Shown here: in pieces, positions 9,123-18,591 of the stretch
Layout: each line of letters starts with the position of its first letter
Position numbering within the stretch: position 1 is the stretch's first letter
NCBI GenBank assembly: GCA_041665345.1
Contig: JBAYJA010000001.1
Coordinates: 9,206-73,205 of the forward strand
From: Patescibacteria group bacterium
GTDB lineage: Bacteria > Patescibacteriota > Patescibacteriia > PEXW01
DNA: 64,000 nucleotides
Reading direction: 5' to 3'
Notes under the pieces: model-generated
Told to the model about the DNA's origin: nothing
The model's database searches: none
The model's input: only the letters and a program-made list of their open reading frames with translations
Program-made: the position numbers and the translations under genes

Positions 9123-9851
9123 TTGAAAGGAGGAAACATGAGCTGGAATCGACCAGCAGAAATAGTGCTCATTCGACATGGGGAATCGTTACGAAATTTG
9201 CTTATGGAAGGGAAGGCCTGCATTCCTAATGAGACTGCGAGGCGGGGACTGGAGGGCTACCATGACCACACTATCCCGCTCACGGCACGTGGGGAAGTGC
9301 AGGCGCGTGATGCTGGACCGAAGATCATTGCGGACATTGGACTGCCAGATTGTGTGTACCACTCTGGGTATGTACGCGCCAAGCGAACGTTGGAGGGCAT
9401 GCTCGAGCATCTCCCTGAGGAGGTTCGATCCAAAATTCGGATCTACTGGAAGTTCGAACTTCGCGAACGAAGTTCCGGCGCACGTTGGCTGATGACGCAG
9501 GAGGAGTATGACAAACACTTCCCCTGGGCTGAAGCTCAGTATCGTACTATTGGGCCGTTTCTCTTTCAACCACCTGGTGGTGGGGAGAGTATCGCCGATT
9601 TGGTTTGCGGGCGCGTCCATAGCGCCGTTGATACGATTTTTCGAGATCGGCCTGGTCAACGCGTGTGGTTGGTGTGCCACGGCCAAGTCATGCGAGCCGC
9701 GCGCGTCCTCTTTGAGCGGACGCCGCTGGAAGCACTTGATGCAGTCATGGCAAGCCATGCACCGAACCTCGGCCTCATCCGCTACGTCTACGAGGAGGGG
9801 AGTGAGACGCCCACGCGTACACACCTCTACAGCACGTACACTGATCTTTAA
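9123..9851 (+). CDS. Histidine phosphatase (phosphoglycerate mutase-like) family protein.
   Basis: EIVLIRHGESLRN contains the RHG motif and the family's N-terminal architecture. Confidence 0.65.
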   Translation: MKGGNMSWNRPAEIVLIRHGESLRNLLMEGKACIPNETARRGLEGYHDHTIPLTARGEVQARDAGPKIIADIGLPDCVYHSGYVRAKRTLEGMLEHLPEEVRSKIRIYWKFELRERSSGARWLMTQEEYDKHFPWAEAQYRTIGPFLFQPPGGGESIADLVCGRVHSAVDTIFRDRPGQRVWLVCHGQVMRAARVLFERTPLEALDAVMASHAPNLGLIRYVYEEGSETPTRTHLYSTYTDL

Positions 9852-9862
9852 GTTCGTTCTAT

Positions 9863-9897
9863 GGGGCGAGTCGTTATGCGATTCGCCCCCTTTTTTT
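9863..9897 (+). terminator. Intrinsic terminator for the 9123-9851 gene.
   Basis: GGGGCGAGTCG-ttat-GCGATTCGCCCC followed by TTTTTTTT. Confidence 0.6.
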
Positions 9898-9904
9898 GTC
9901 GAAA

Positions 9905-9933
9905 GAAAAAAGGCGAACCGGGGTGGGTTCGCC
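9905..9933 (-). terminator. Intrinsic terminator for the minus-strand gene 9944-10549.
   Basis: GGCGAACC-ggggtg-GGTTCGCC preceded by an A-run on the plus strand, which gives a U-tract on the minus strand. Confidence 0.5.
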
Positions 9934-9943
9934 TGACCATGAT

Positions 9944-10549
9944 TCATGCGTGAAGCATGTTCAAAAGCGTATCATTGAAGGAAACTGCCTGATTGATCAC
10001 GGCCTCGCTTAGACGATAGATCTTCAGTACCTTGCCCTGTAAGTCGTTCAATCCAAAGTCAATGCAGATGTGCGCAACTGAGAAATTCTCAGGGATAGAA
10101 GACTCTTTAACGTTTTGTGGATTTGGTAGCTGTAGATGTTTGTAAATGCCTGCAACAATGTGAGTGGCAAATGACTGAGTGCGTTCGCGTCCATCCACTG
10201 GTATTTGAATGACCGCTTCTTCTGTTTGCTCTTTCGAAGTTTGATGAATGCAGTGAAGCCAGTACACCTTCGGGCTAAAATAGGTGTTGTCCAAGAAATT
10301 CTGGCAGAAATCAGTGTAAGCCCAATGTTTCAGGCGGAGGTCTCGCACCTGAATTTGTGCTGCACTTGGATTAAATTTTCCACGTTGGTCCGCAGCTATG
10401 ACAAACCACAGCCACGGAAAATCACGGATTAATTCATTTACATTCGAAGCATAATACATGTTTCCTCCTGCGCGTCCGCGCTTTGATCCGTCCGGATCTG
10501 GAAGGGGTTGTTTGGTTTTTGCCCAGCTATCTAGCGAGGCAGTTGTCAA
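9944..10549 (-). CDS. Hypothetical protein.
   Basis: ORF track 201 aa. No recognisable motif. Confidence 0.35.
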   Translation of the reverse strand: MTTASLDSWAKTKQPLPDPDGSKRGRAGGNMYYASNVNELIRDFPWLWFVIAADQRGKFNPSAAQIQVRDLRLKHWAYTDFCQNFLDNTYFSPKVYWLHCIHQTSKEQTEEAVIQIPVDGRERTQSFATHIVAGIYKHLQLPNPQNVKESSIPENFSVAHICIDFGLNDLQGKVLKIYRLSEAVINQAVSFNDTLLNMLHA

Positions 10550-10703
10550 AGAATAGTCTAGGTTAGTTTACAGCTCAGTATTTGTCAATGATTGAGAGCA
10601 TTGTTTTTCCATTGCGCGGGCACAGAGACCCGCGCTAGGTTCTTTTGTTGGTCATTCGATCTTTCGGCTTTACGGCGTACGGCTCTACGGCTATCCTTCC
10701 CCC

Positions 10704-11720
10704 ATGGACCTCCTGATTCTTCACGGCGATGACACGTTTTCCTCCCGCCAGCGGCTGCGTACCCTGGTGGCTGGCTTTCAGAAGAAGTACGACCCCACGG
10801 GTGGGAACATTGTTCGGTTTTCCCCGCCGTTTGAGCTGGGGCAGATGCGGAACGCCATTGCTCAAGTGGGGATGTTCGCCAAGAAGCGGCTGGTGGTGTT
10901 GAACGATTTCTTACGCACAGCATCAGTCGCGGACAGCACGCAGTTCAACTCGTGGTTTGCAGACCCCACCGCGTTCCCAGATGCCGTGGTGATTTGCTGG
11001 GAGGGGAAAGATTTGGGAAAGCCCACGGTTCCCAAAAAACCAGCAAAACCCAAGAAGGCTACAGCGAAGAAAGCTCCCCCCAAGGCGCCAACGAAAGTCA
11101 GTTGGCCAGAGCACGCCAAGGTGGAACTCTTCTTACCCTTGGCTGAAGCGCAACTGGCTGGGTGGATTCGGAAAGAAGTGCAGCGCTTGGGTGGGCTCAT
11201 TGAGCCCAATGCAGTGCATTTGCTCATGGCCAATGTTGGGGCTGACCTGTGGCGCTTGTCGAACATCATCGCCCAGTTGGTAGCCGCCGCTGGGAAGGCA
11301 CCCATTGACGTGCACCTTATCAACCAGTGGACCCAAGCTCCGCATGATGACAACATGTTTCACTTTACGGATGCGCTGGCAGCCCGGAACTTACCAGCTG
11401 CACTCAAGCTCATGCACGGGCAAATCCTTTTGGGTGTGCATCCGCTCGTCCTGCACGCCATGCTGGTGCGGCAAATCCGGATTCTGCTGATGGTCGCAGA
11501 CTGCGTGGAACGGGGGAGTGCTCCAGGCGCCATTGCCGAAGAAACTGACCTTCACCCATTCGTGGCACAGAAAGCCGTGGCCGCGGTTCGGCAATTCCCC
11601 AAAGGCCGGTTAGCACAGCTCTTCCAAGACGTAGTGCAGCTGGAAGTCGACATGAAAACCGGGAAGGTAGACCCAGAAATTGGTCTGACACACTTTTTGA
11701 CCAAAGTCTGCGCGGGGTAG
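10704..11720 (+). CDS. holA: DNA polymerase III delta subunit, with a lysine/proline-rich insertion.
   Basis: N-terminal LLILHGDDTFSSRQRL and the overall helical C-terminal domain are typical of HolA. There is a PKKPAKPKKATAKKAPPKAP insert. Confidence 0.6.
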   Translation: MDLLILHGDDTFSSRQRLRTLVAGFQKKYDPTGGNIVRFSPPFELGQMRNAIAQVGMFAKKRLVVLNDFLRTASVADSTQFNSWFADPTAFPDAVVICWEGKDLGKPTVPKKPAKPKKATAKKAPPKAPTKVSWPEHAKVELFLPLAEAQLAGWIRKEVQRLGGLIEPNAVHLLMANVGADLWRLSNIIAQLVAAAGKAPIDVHLINQWTQAPHDDNMFHFTDALAARNLPAALKLMHGQILLGVHPLVLHAMLVRQIRILLMVADCVERGSAPGAIAEETDLHPFVAQKAVAAVRQFPKGRLAQLFQDVVQLEVDMKTGKVDPEIGLTHFLTKVCAG

Positions 11721-11788
11721 AGAGATTTCCTTGCATACCACAAACGCACCTTGGAGAAGGTGCGTTTGGAATAGATAAAACAACGTAA

Positions 11789-12049
11789 TTACTTCGCTTT
11801 GTTCAGCGCTTTCATCAACCGGGACTTCTTGCGGCTGGCGGTGTTCTTCTTGATCACACCTTTGCGAGCCGCCTTGTCCAAGAGCTGAATTGCCGCCAGG
11901 ACGCTGGCTTTGGATTCAGCGGTTTTGCCCGTAATAGATTTACGTGCAGACTGGACGGCCTGTTTGGTGGTGCGTTTCACGTTGAGGTTCCGGGCGCCCC
12001 GGGAAATGGTCTGGCGGACGTGCTTGGCTGACGCTTTCTTGATTGGCAT
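11789..12049 (-). CDS. rpsT: 30S ribosomal protein S20.
   Basis: MPIKKASAKHVRQTISRGARNLNVKRTTKQAVQ... matches the S20 N-terminus. Start refined to the internal ATG at 12049. Confidence 0.85.
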   Translation of the reverse strand: MPIKKASAKHVRQTISRGARNLNVKRTTKQAVQSARKSITGKTAESKASVLAAIQLLDKAARKGVIKKNTASRKKSRLMKALNKAK

Positions 12050-12206
12050 ACGAAAGTAAAGTGTAAACGTTGAGGTGACTTTTACGCTACCATGGACAAA
12101 AGCCGGGTGCAAGTCTCCGGCTCAGGAAGGCCTTGCTGGCTCGCATCTGCGGCGTATACTTACAGCATAGTTTACCCCCCGTTCTTTTACCCCAAACAGG
12201 AGGCTG

Positions 12207-12476
12207 GTGATGACAGGAAGTTCTCACCCCACAGTCGCGGAGCGTACATTCGCAGACAAATTCATCACTTGCATAGACTGCAAGGAAGAGTTTGCCTTCA
12301 CCGTATCTGCTCAGGAGTACTTTGCCGAAAAAGGTTTCACAGGAGACCCAAAACGATGCCGCACGTGTTACGCTGCGTACAAACAGCAACACCCGAAGGG
12401 AAGCAGCAAAACAATGAAGGGACCATTCACTGTCCCGCCAGGAGGTGAGCACCTTCTGAACCTCGACTTTGAGTAG
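12207..12476 (+). CDS. Zinc-ribbon protein of the zf-trcl type, with two CxxC motifs.
   Basis: CIDCKEEFAFTVSAQEYFAEKGFTGDPKRCRTCY matches the probable zinc-binding zf-trcl pattern (CxxC...F..EKGF...P.RC..C). Confidence 0.5.
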   Translation: MMTGSSHPTVAERTFADKFITCIDCKEEFAFTVSAQEYFAEKGFTGDPKRCRTCYAAYKQQHPKGSSKTMKGPFTVPPGGEHLLNLDFE

Positions 12477-12633
12477 AAGCCTTCCCCACAGCCTTTTGCC
12501 GAGCATTGAAACCCCGCCTTACCGTGGGGTTTTTCTTATAGCTCAACAGCTTTGACGCAAGAAAACCACAGTGGTAAGCTGGCCGCTCAGAAACAGAAAA
12601 AAAGTAAATTTACAATAGAACAAAGGAGAATAC

Positions 12634-14124
12634 ATGTGTGGCATCCTCTACTTACATGACCCATCAAAAAAGATCCCCGGTTTGGTCATGGCGAAACGTG
12701 CGTTTATGGCCTTGGCCATGCAGCAGCACCGTGGATACCAAGGGGGCGGCGTTGGGTATGTTGCTGGTGTTCAGGGTGATCGGAAGCGGGTTTGGCTGGA
12801 TAAATTTTTTGGTCCTGTGTCATCACAGTACGATACGCATGGCGCAAAAAAAAGTCCGCCTGAACCGTTCTGCGATGGACTTGGGAAGATGGTGCATCGG
12901 AATCCCTATAAAGTCATTGGACATGGGCGTTATGCAACCGCCGGACCAGCAGATGACCTCATTCACTACCAACCAAACTTCGTTGAGGATATCATCGACG
13001 GTCGGGTTATTTATGCGGCGAATGGTGACATCCCTCGTTTGGACTTCTACCGTGAAGCCCTAGAAGAAGTTGCTGACGACGTGCCTTCGCAGAATGATGG
13101 CGACTTTACGCTTCGTCAGATTGCGTACTACCGTCGTAAGGAAGGCTTGTCTTGGGTAGCAGCAATGCAACGTTTTATGCAAGAGATTCCGGGCGCATAC
13201 TCGGGCATTTTGATGACGAAGAAGCGGACATTTTTCATGCGGGATCCGCATGGCATTCGACCTTTCCTCGTCGGTCGTACAGAAGATGGCATGATCGTTG
13301 CCGCCTCCGAGTCTTGCGTTTTTCCCATTCTCAAAGCTTCACTTATCTTCGAAGTAGAACGGGGTTCGATTGTAGAAATTACCGATGATGGCACAATGAC
13401 AGTCCATGCTTATCCCGGGGTACTTCCAAAGCATTCAGCTCATTGCGTTGTCTGCCTCGCGTACTTTGCACGCCCAGATAGCCACGTTTTCATTGACGGT
13501 AAGAACCCTGCTGATGTTCACCAGAAAGGATCGTACGCGTATAGATTTGGAGTGGAGCTTGCAGTTGAACATCCAGTAAAAGCAGACTTTGTTGCATCTA
13601 TTCGAAATTCTGGTGATCTAGCCACGAAGGGCTACTCAAAAAGATCTGGCCTACCAGATAAAGAGTTACTCATTCGGAATTTTTCCATTCCCCGCACCTT
13701 CCTAGCTTCAGAGCAGGAAGAGCGAGAATTTATGGTGATGCTCAAGTTTGGCTTAATGACGGACATGTTTCGGGATGCGGACATGCGTCGGGTTTGCCTG
13801 ATTGATGACACGATAATCCGTGCCACTACCATGCGCGGGATTGTCTCATTACTTCGTGCTGGAGGCGCAGAAGAAGTGCACATTCGGACCGCTTTTCCGC
13901 CAATCACGAATCCTTGTTTCATGGGTATTGCCATGCCTACCCGTGCCGAACTTGTTGCTTCCTCACGAACCATTGAAGAAATTAAAGATTTCATTCAAGC
14001 TGACTCCCTGGGGTACCTTTCGATAGATGGCCTCAGTAGAGCTATGGTAGAACGCAATGATAGTTTGCAGAACTATTGCACCGCCTGCTTCACTGGCCAC
14101 TATCCCATTCCAGTAACTGCGTAG
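12634..14124 (+). CDS. purF: Amidophosphoribosyltransferase (glutamine PRPP amidotransferase).
   Basis: N-terminal MCGI (Ntn Cys1), a PRTase motif (the D-rich sequence CLIDDTIIRATT), and C-terminal CxACFTGHYP. Confidence 0.9.
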   Translation: MCGILYLHDPSKKIPGLVMAKRAFMALAMQQHRGYQGGGVGYVAGVQGDRKRVWLDKFFGPVSSQYDTHGAKKSPPEPFCDGLGKMVHRNPYKVIGHGRYATAGPADDLIHYQPNFVEDIIDGRVIYAANGDIPRLDFYREALEEVADDVPSQNDGDFTLRQIAYYRRKEGLSWVAAMQRFMQEIPGAYSGILMTKKRTFFMRDPHGIRPFLVGRTEDGMIVAASESCVFPILKASLIFEVERGSIVEITDDGTMTVHAYPGVLPKHSAHCVVCLAYFARPDSHVFIDGKNPADVHQKGSYAYRFGVELAVEHPVKADFVASIRNSGDLATKGYSKRSGLPDKELLIRNFSIPRTFLASEQEEREFMVMLKFGLMTDMFRDADMRRVCLIDDTIIRATTMRGIVSLLRAGGAEEVHIRTAFPPITNPCFMGIAMPTRAELVASSRTIEEIKDFIQADSLGYLSIDGLSRAMVERNDSLQNYCTACFTGHYPIPVTA

Positions 14125-14218
14125 TACATTTCCACGGCCTCTCCCTTGAGAGGTCGTTTTGTTGCAAAGAAAAACCCGAGATATGGTATCTCGGGTTCGT
14201 ACAAATACTTTCGTCGAG

Positions 14219-14638
14219 TCAATTTTTGTACGTGTACCAGCGTTTGTACATGTCGGCAAATGTTTTGGTAGCCTGTTCCACATTACTCCAATCGTCCTCG
14301 GCGCCATACTTTTCAAAGTAGTCTCGGCTGGCCTTTGCATCACGTTCCACTTCGTAGCACTGGAGTCGCCCGCCGACTGGCATACTCAGCACGCTTGCCG
14401 CCACCAGGGAAGAGAGCACTTCTTCTAGCTCAGCTGAAATCACATGTTTGCCTGAACAATCGAAAGTAATGCCAGCGAACATTTCCGGCCACGTGCCAAC
14501 GAGTTTCCACAGCGCTTCATGCAGATCACGAATGCCAATGCGCTTGGGTCCAGTTTGCTGCTCAGCCCACAGGGTGAGAATGGCCTGAATGTAGTGATAG
14601 GGAAAGAGCTGCTGGTTTGTGGTTTTTTCTGTGGTCAT
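14219..14638 (-). CDS. Hypothetical protein.
   Basis: ORF track 139 aa. No known motif. Confidence 0.3.
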   Translation of the reverse strand: MTTEKTTNQQLFPYHYIQAILTLWAEQQTGPKRIGIRDLHEALWKLVGTWPEMFAGITFDCSGKHVISAELEEVLSSLVAASVLSMPVGGRLQCYEVERDAKASRDYFEKYGAEDDWSNVEQATKTFADMYKRWYTYKN

Positions 14639-14934
14639 GCAACCTCCTCATGGTTTTTTTATTTCTTTCTACTCGAACCCTAGCTAGGGCTGCGCGTCGT
14701 GTCAACGTTTGCCCAAAAAAAAGAAGGCCCGAGCCCCTTTGAGGTATGTGTTTTTGAAGTGAACACAATGTCTCCGGTGCTGCAGGCCAATCCGTGGCTG
14801 ATCGCTCGCGTGGTACTCAAACGTACGATCTTCCTTTTGATAGCTTCAGCCTAGCATGCTTGCAAAACTCCGCAAGTGCCTTGTGAGTTTCAAAAAAATG
14901 CCACCGGTGGGGTTCGGTGGCATATGAGAAGAGC

Positions 14935-15573
14935 TTAGTCTAGTTGTAAATTTGGGAATACGTGCGCAATGAACACGCACACAAGTTTTGGGTCCAGGCG
15001 TTCACCTGCCAGTTTTCGCAACTGCGTGACGGCATCCTTGGGGGTTAATTTCTTTTGGTACGTACGTTGTGAGGTCATGGCGTCAAAGGTGTCAGCTATT
15101 GCCACAATCCGACCGGCGATGGGAATTTCCTTTCCTGCAAGTCCCCGTGGGTAGCCCTGCATGTTGCCAGCGTGATTACCATCCCATGATTCATGGTGGG
15201 AGAAGACACAGTCGTAAATAATTCTTGGGAACTCCACCCCAGATTTTCGAAGGATTTGTTCGCCCTCGTATGGGTGATCTTCAAGATCTCGAATTTGATC
15301 AGTCGTTAGGAATCGATTTGGATTGTCTAAAGTTGTTTCTCCAACGGTGATCTTCCCAATGTCATGTAGCAAGGCGCCAATTCGAATGAACTCGATGTCT
15401 TCTTTCGATAGCTTGAGTTCTAGCTCTCTGTTTGCCGCTAATGCCAATTTGTAGGCAATGACGCTGATTCGCTGCGAATGTCCCTTGGTGTACGGGTGCA
15501 TTCTTTCTAAGGCCGCTACCAGGACTCCTGCAGCAATGAGGATGTGTTCTAAGACGTAGCGTTTCTTTTTCAA
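14935..15573 (-). CDS. HD-GYP domain protein, a putative cyclic-di-GMP phosphodiesterase.
   Basis: HDIGK ... HHESWDGNHAGNMQGYPRGL carry the HD and GYP signatures. Confidence 0.75.
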   Translation of the reverse strand: MKKKRYVLEHILIAAGVLVAALERMHPYTKGHSQRISVIAYKLALAANRELELKLSKEDIEFIRIGALLHDIGKITVGETTLDNPNRFLTTDQIRDLEDHPYEGEQILRKSGVEFPRIIYDCVFSHHESWDGNHAGNMQGYPRGLAGKEIPIAGRIVAIADTFDAMTSQRTYQKKLTPKDAVTQLRKLAGERLDPKLVCVFIAHVFPNLQLD

Positions 15574-15594
15574 AGTTCCTCCTGTGTTATTGTT

Positions 15595-15631
15595 TTCACA
15601 TCAAAGTAGCACCCAGCTGGGGGAGTGTCAA
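15595..15631 (-). promoter_or_regulatory. Conserved promoter, copy 1, with an embedded palindrome. It lies upstream of the HD-GYP gene.
   Basis: The minus strand reads TTGACA-CTCCCCCAGCTGGGTGC-TACTTT. The CCCAGCTGGG palindrome sits in the spacer. It is near-identical to the copy at 16445-16481. Confidence 0.45.
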
Positions 15632-15703
15632 CCCAGCGTTGGTTTTTGGGAAAAAGAAAAACCGCCCCAGGTGGAGCGGCTAAGAGAACTTGGATTTTTG
15701 GGA

Positions 15704-16405
15704 CTAGATGATGCAGGTTAATTTTTGATCCTTCTGTTTCGCAAGTTGTTGAAGGGCTTCATACAGTGGTGTCAGCTGCAAACACTTGTCCGGAAACGAT
15801 TGTTTCGCAACTTTGCCGTTGATCGTAGCAAGTACCGGCTGTAGTTCTTGTGCGCACTCCTGTTCAAAGTCGGCAAAGAATATTTCTGGCTTCCCGTACT
15901 TCCGAAAAAGGTCAGCGGCGTCTCCTTCGTACCAAACACTCACGCTGATAGTTTCTCCATCAGAAGTTTGCAGCCGCAGGTAGGCATGTTTTTGTACGTC
16001 AAACGGGGATTGAATGTCACTTGTCCACGGAGCAGCAATGAGTGCTTCATACCTACCTAAAGTAAAGGCTTTCGCCGGATCACCGTTTGGTAACACAACC
16101 GCACCATCATATGCCGGCATATATACGAATGATGAAATGCTTAGTCCGATGGCGAGTATGAAGCCGCTACATCCAAAAGCTAGTGTGGCAAGTGAATGAG
16201 ATTCGCCCTTGTCCTCTCGGAGGATGAGCCCTACGACTCCAATCAGGACACCAAGGGCCAAAGGAATTGTCGCCACCATATTCGACACTAACGGCCTGGA
16301 GCCTGGTAGCATGATGAGTGCGGCAATGACGAAACAGAGCGCGGCGAAGGTGTACGTTGGCCAGCGACTTGACCGAAAAAATGAAGCAAGATTGGCAAAG
16401 GACAT
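15704..16405 (-). CDS. Membrane protein with three N-terminal TM helices and a soluble C-terminal domain. It is paralogous to the 38394-39023 protein.
   Basis: Start refined to the ATG at 16405, which follows AGGAGG. It shares the YEKYGNPENF / FRKYGKPEIF C-terminal block with the 38394 protein. Confidence 0.5.
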   Translation of the reverse strand: MSFANLASFFRSSRWPTYTFAALCFVIAALIMLPGSRPLVSNMVATIPLALGVLIGVVGLILREDKGESHSLATLAFGCSGFILAIGLSISSFVYMPAYDGAVVLPNGDPAKAFTLGRYEALIAAPWTSDIQSPFDVQKHAYLRLQTSDGETISVSVWYEGDAADLFRKYGKPEIFFADFEQECAQELQPVLATINGKVAKQSFPDKCLQLTPLYEALQQLAKQKDQKLTCII

Positions 16406-16444
16406 ATTTCCTCCTAATGTTGAGTTTTTGGTTTCATTTTTTAC

Positions 16445-16481
16445 TTTCACGTCAAAGTAGCACCCGGCTGGGGGAGTGTCA
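16445..16481 (-). promoter_or_regulatory. Conserved promoter, copy 2, upstream of the membrane-protein gene.
   Basis: TTGACA-CTCCCCCAGCCGGGTGC-TACTTT on the minus strand, with 35 of 37 positions identical to copy 1. Confidence 0.45.
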
Positions 16482-16498
16482 ATCTTGTAAAGCAGACT

Positions 16499-18505
16499 TT
16501 ACCGTCGGCGTTTGCGCGCCTTTATTTTTGTTGGTGGCTGGTTGCCCTTGAGGAGGGTGATTTGATCCCGCAGGTGCGCGGCTTTTTCAAACTGTAAATT
16601 TTGGGCGGCGATTTCCATTTGCTGCTCCAAATCGCGCAGGAGGTGGGGGAGCTCCTCTTTGGGAATGATGCTGGGGTCAAAGTCAGGCCTCTCCGCCTGC
16701 TCTGCCAGTTTCTTTCCGGCCAAGCGAGATTCCTTTATTGCTTTGATGATTGATTGGGGAGTGATGCCATGCGCTTGGTTGTACGCCTCCTGAATTTTGC
16801 GGCGGCGTTCGGTCTCGGCAATGGCGCGCTGCATGGAGCCGGTCATGCGGTCCGCGTACATTATGACTTGGCCTTCCAGGTGTCGCGCAGCGCGACCCAT
16901 GGTTTGCATCAGGGCAGTTTCAGAACGGAGGTAGCCTTCCTTATCTGCATCCAGAATGGCCACCAGGCTCACCTCAGGTAAGTCCAAGCCTTCGCGGAGC
17001 AAGTTAATACCCACGACCACGTCAAATTCACCTGTTCGCAGGCTCCGCAGAATTTCCAAGCGGTCAAAGGTGTCCACGTCTGAGTGCAGGTACTGGACTT
17101 TTATATCCAAGTCTTTCAGGTAATCCGTCAGGTCTTCAGCAATGCGCTTGGTGAGTGTGGTCACCAGCACGCGTTGGTTCTTCTCCGTGCGGAGTTTGAT
17201 TTGCTCCACTAGGTCATCCACCTGATCCTTGGTGGGCTTCACCGTCACTTTGGGATCCAGCAAGCCCGTGGGCCGGATGAGCTGCTCCGCCACCTGCTTG
17301 CTGTGGGTTTTTTCGTACACGGCTGGGGTGGCAGAAACGTAGATGGCTTGGTTGATTTTTTGCTCGAATTCCGGGAAGGTGAGCGGCCGGTTGTCGTAGG
17401 CCGCGGGGAGGCGGAAGCCATAGTCAATCAACGAGGTCTTCCGGGATTTGTCACCTTCGTACATGCCGCCAATTTGCGGCACGGTCATGTGGGACTCGTC
17501 AATGACCAGGAGGAAATCTTTGGGGAAGAAGTCAATGAGCGTGTACGGCGGGGTGCCGGGTTTGCGACCGTCAAAGTACCGCGAGTAGTTTTCAATGCCG
17601 CTGGTGAAACCCGTGGTGCGGATCATCTCAATGTCAAAGCGGGAGCGTTGCTCCATGCGTTCGGCTTCCAGGGGTTTGTCATGCGCCTTGAACCAGGCCA
17701 CGCGCTCTTTGGCGTCACGTTCCATTTGCTTCAGAGCATCCTCGGTGCCGCTGGGATCGGTCACGTACTGCGTCGCAGGGTAAATGTCCACGGTTTCCAT
17801 CATCGATGCATTTTTGCCGGTGAGCGCGTCCACTTCCTCAATCTTCTCCACGGTATCACCAAAGAAGTGCACGCGGATGAGTCGGTCTTCGCTGAAGGTG
17901 GGGAAGATTTCCAGGGTCTCACCCAGGACGCGGAAGGAGCCGCGCCAGAGGTCCATTTGCTTCCGGTCAAACTGCATTTTGATGAGCTTGTCCAAGATTT
18001 TTTTCCGGGGGAGGTTTTGGCCTTGCCGAATAGTGGTCACCCCGCTCTTGTACGACTCGGGTGAACCCAGGCCGTAGATGCAGGACACCGAGGCGACGAT
18101 AATGACATCACGGCGCGAGAGAATGGCCTGGGTGGAGGCGTGGCGGAGCCGGTCAATTTCCTCGTTGATGTTCGTCTCTTTTTCAATGTACGTGTCGGAC
18201 TTGGCAATGTACGCCTCAGGTTGGTAGTAGTCGTAGTAGGAGACGAAGTAGTGCACGGCGTTCTCCGGGAAGAAGTCCGCAAACTCGCTGGCCAGCTGCG
18301 CGGCCAAAGTTTTGTTATGGGAAATGACCAAGGTGGGCCGCTGCACCTGCTGGATGACGTTGGCTATGGTAAAGGTTTTGCCCGAGCCCGTTACACCCAG
18401 CAGGGTTTGGTCGTGGTAGCCTTTTTCCAAGCCAGCAACCAGCTTTTTTATTGCTGCGGGTTGGTCGCCGGTTGGCTTGAAGGGGGAGCGGAGGGTGAAG
18501 GGCAT
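16499..18505 (-). CDS. uvrB: Excinuclease ABC subunit B.
   Basis: MPFTLRSPFKPTGDQP N-terminus, Walker A GVTGSGKT, helicase motifs, and a C-terminal UvrB/UvrC interaction domain. The ORF track start at 18547 extends a few codons upstream. Confidence 0.95.
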   Translation of the reverse strand: MPFTLRSPFKPTGDQPAAIKKLVAGLEKGYHDQTLLGVTGSGKTFTIANVIQQVQRPTLVISHNKTLAAQLASEFADFFPENAVHYFVSYYDYYQPEAYIAKSDTYIEKETNINEEIDRLRHASTQAILSRRDVIIVASVSCIYGLGSPESYKSGVTTIRQGQNLPRKKILDKLIKMQFDRKQMDLWRGSFRVLGETLEIFPTFSEDRLIRVHFFGDTVEKIEEVDALTGKNASMMETVDIYPATQYVTDPSGTEDALKQMERDAKERVAWFKAHDKPLEAERMEQRSRFDIEMIRTTGFTSGIENYSRYFDGRKPGTPPYTLIDFFPKDFLLVIDESHMTVPQIGGMYEGDKSRKTSLIDYGFRLPAAYDNRPLTFPEFEQKINQAIYVSATPAVYEKTHSKQVAEQLIRPTGLLDPKVTVKPTKDQVDDLVEQIKLRTEKNQRVLVTTLTKRIAEDLTDYLKDLDIKVQYLHSDVDTFDRLEILRSLRTGEFDVVVGINLLREGLDLPEVSLVAILDADKEGYLRSETALMQTMGRAARHLEGQVIMYADRMTGSMQRAIAETERRRKIQEAYNQAHGITPQSIIKAIKESRLAGKKLAEQAERPDFDPSIIPKEELPHLLRDLEQQMEIAAQNLQFEKAAHLRDQITLLKGNQPPTKIKARKRRR

Positions 18506-18551
18506 ATGGAGTTCACTGAGTATACCTGTGACCACCCATTGTCTCAAGCAT

Positions 18552-18578
18552 GAAAAAGCCGCTCACATGGGTGAGCGG
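18552..18578 (-). terminator. Intrinsic terminator ending the GHKL operon.
   Basis: GCCGCTCAC-atgg-GTGAGCGGC with a U-tract on the minus strand. Confidence 0.5.
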
Positions 18579-18591
18579 CTTGAAGGTGCAA

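Noticed and set aside
9189-9947. A 252-aa minus-strand ORF overlapping the histidine phosphatase gene.
   Set aside because: It overlaps a gene with a clear RHG motif on the other strand. It is an antisense shadow ORF.
12480-12633. Purine or ZTP riboswitch upstream of purF.
   Set aside because: No match was seen to the conserved cores of those riboswitches (the purine-riboswitch loop-loop motifs or the ZTP pseudoknot CCGGGCGG / CCGCCUGGG). The leader is short and A-rich.
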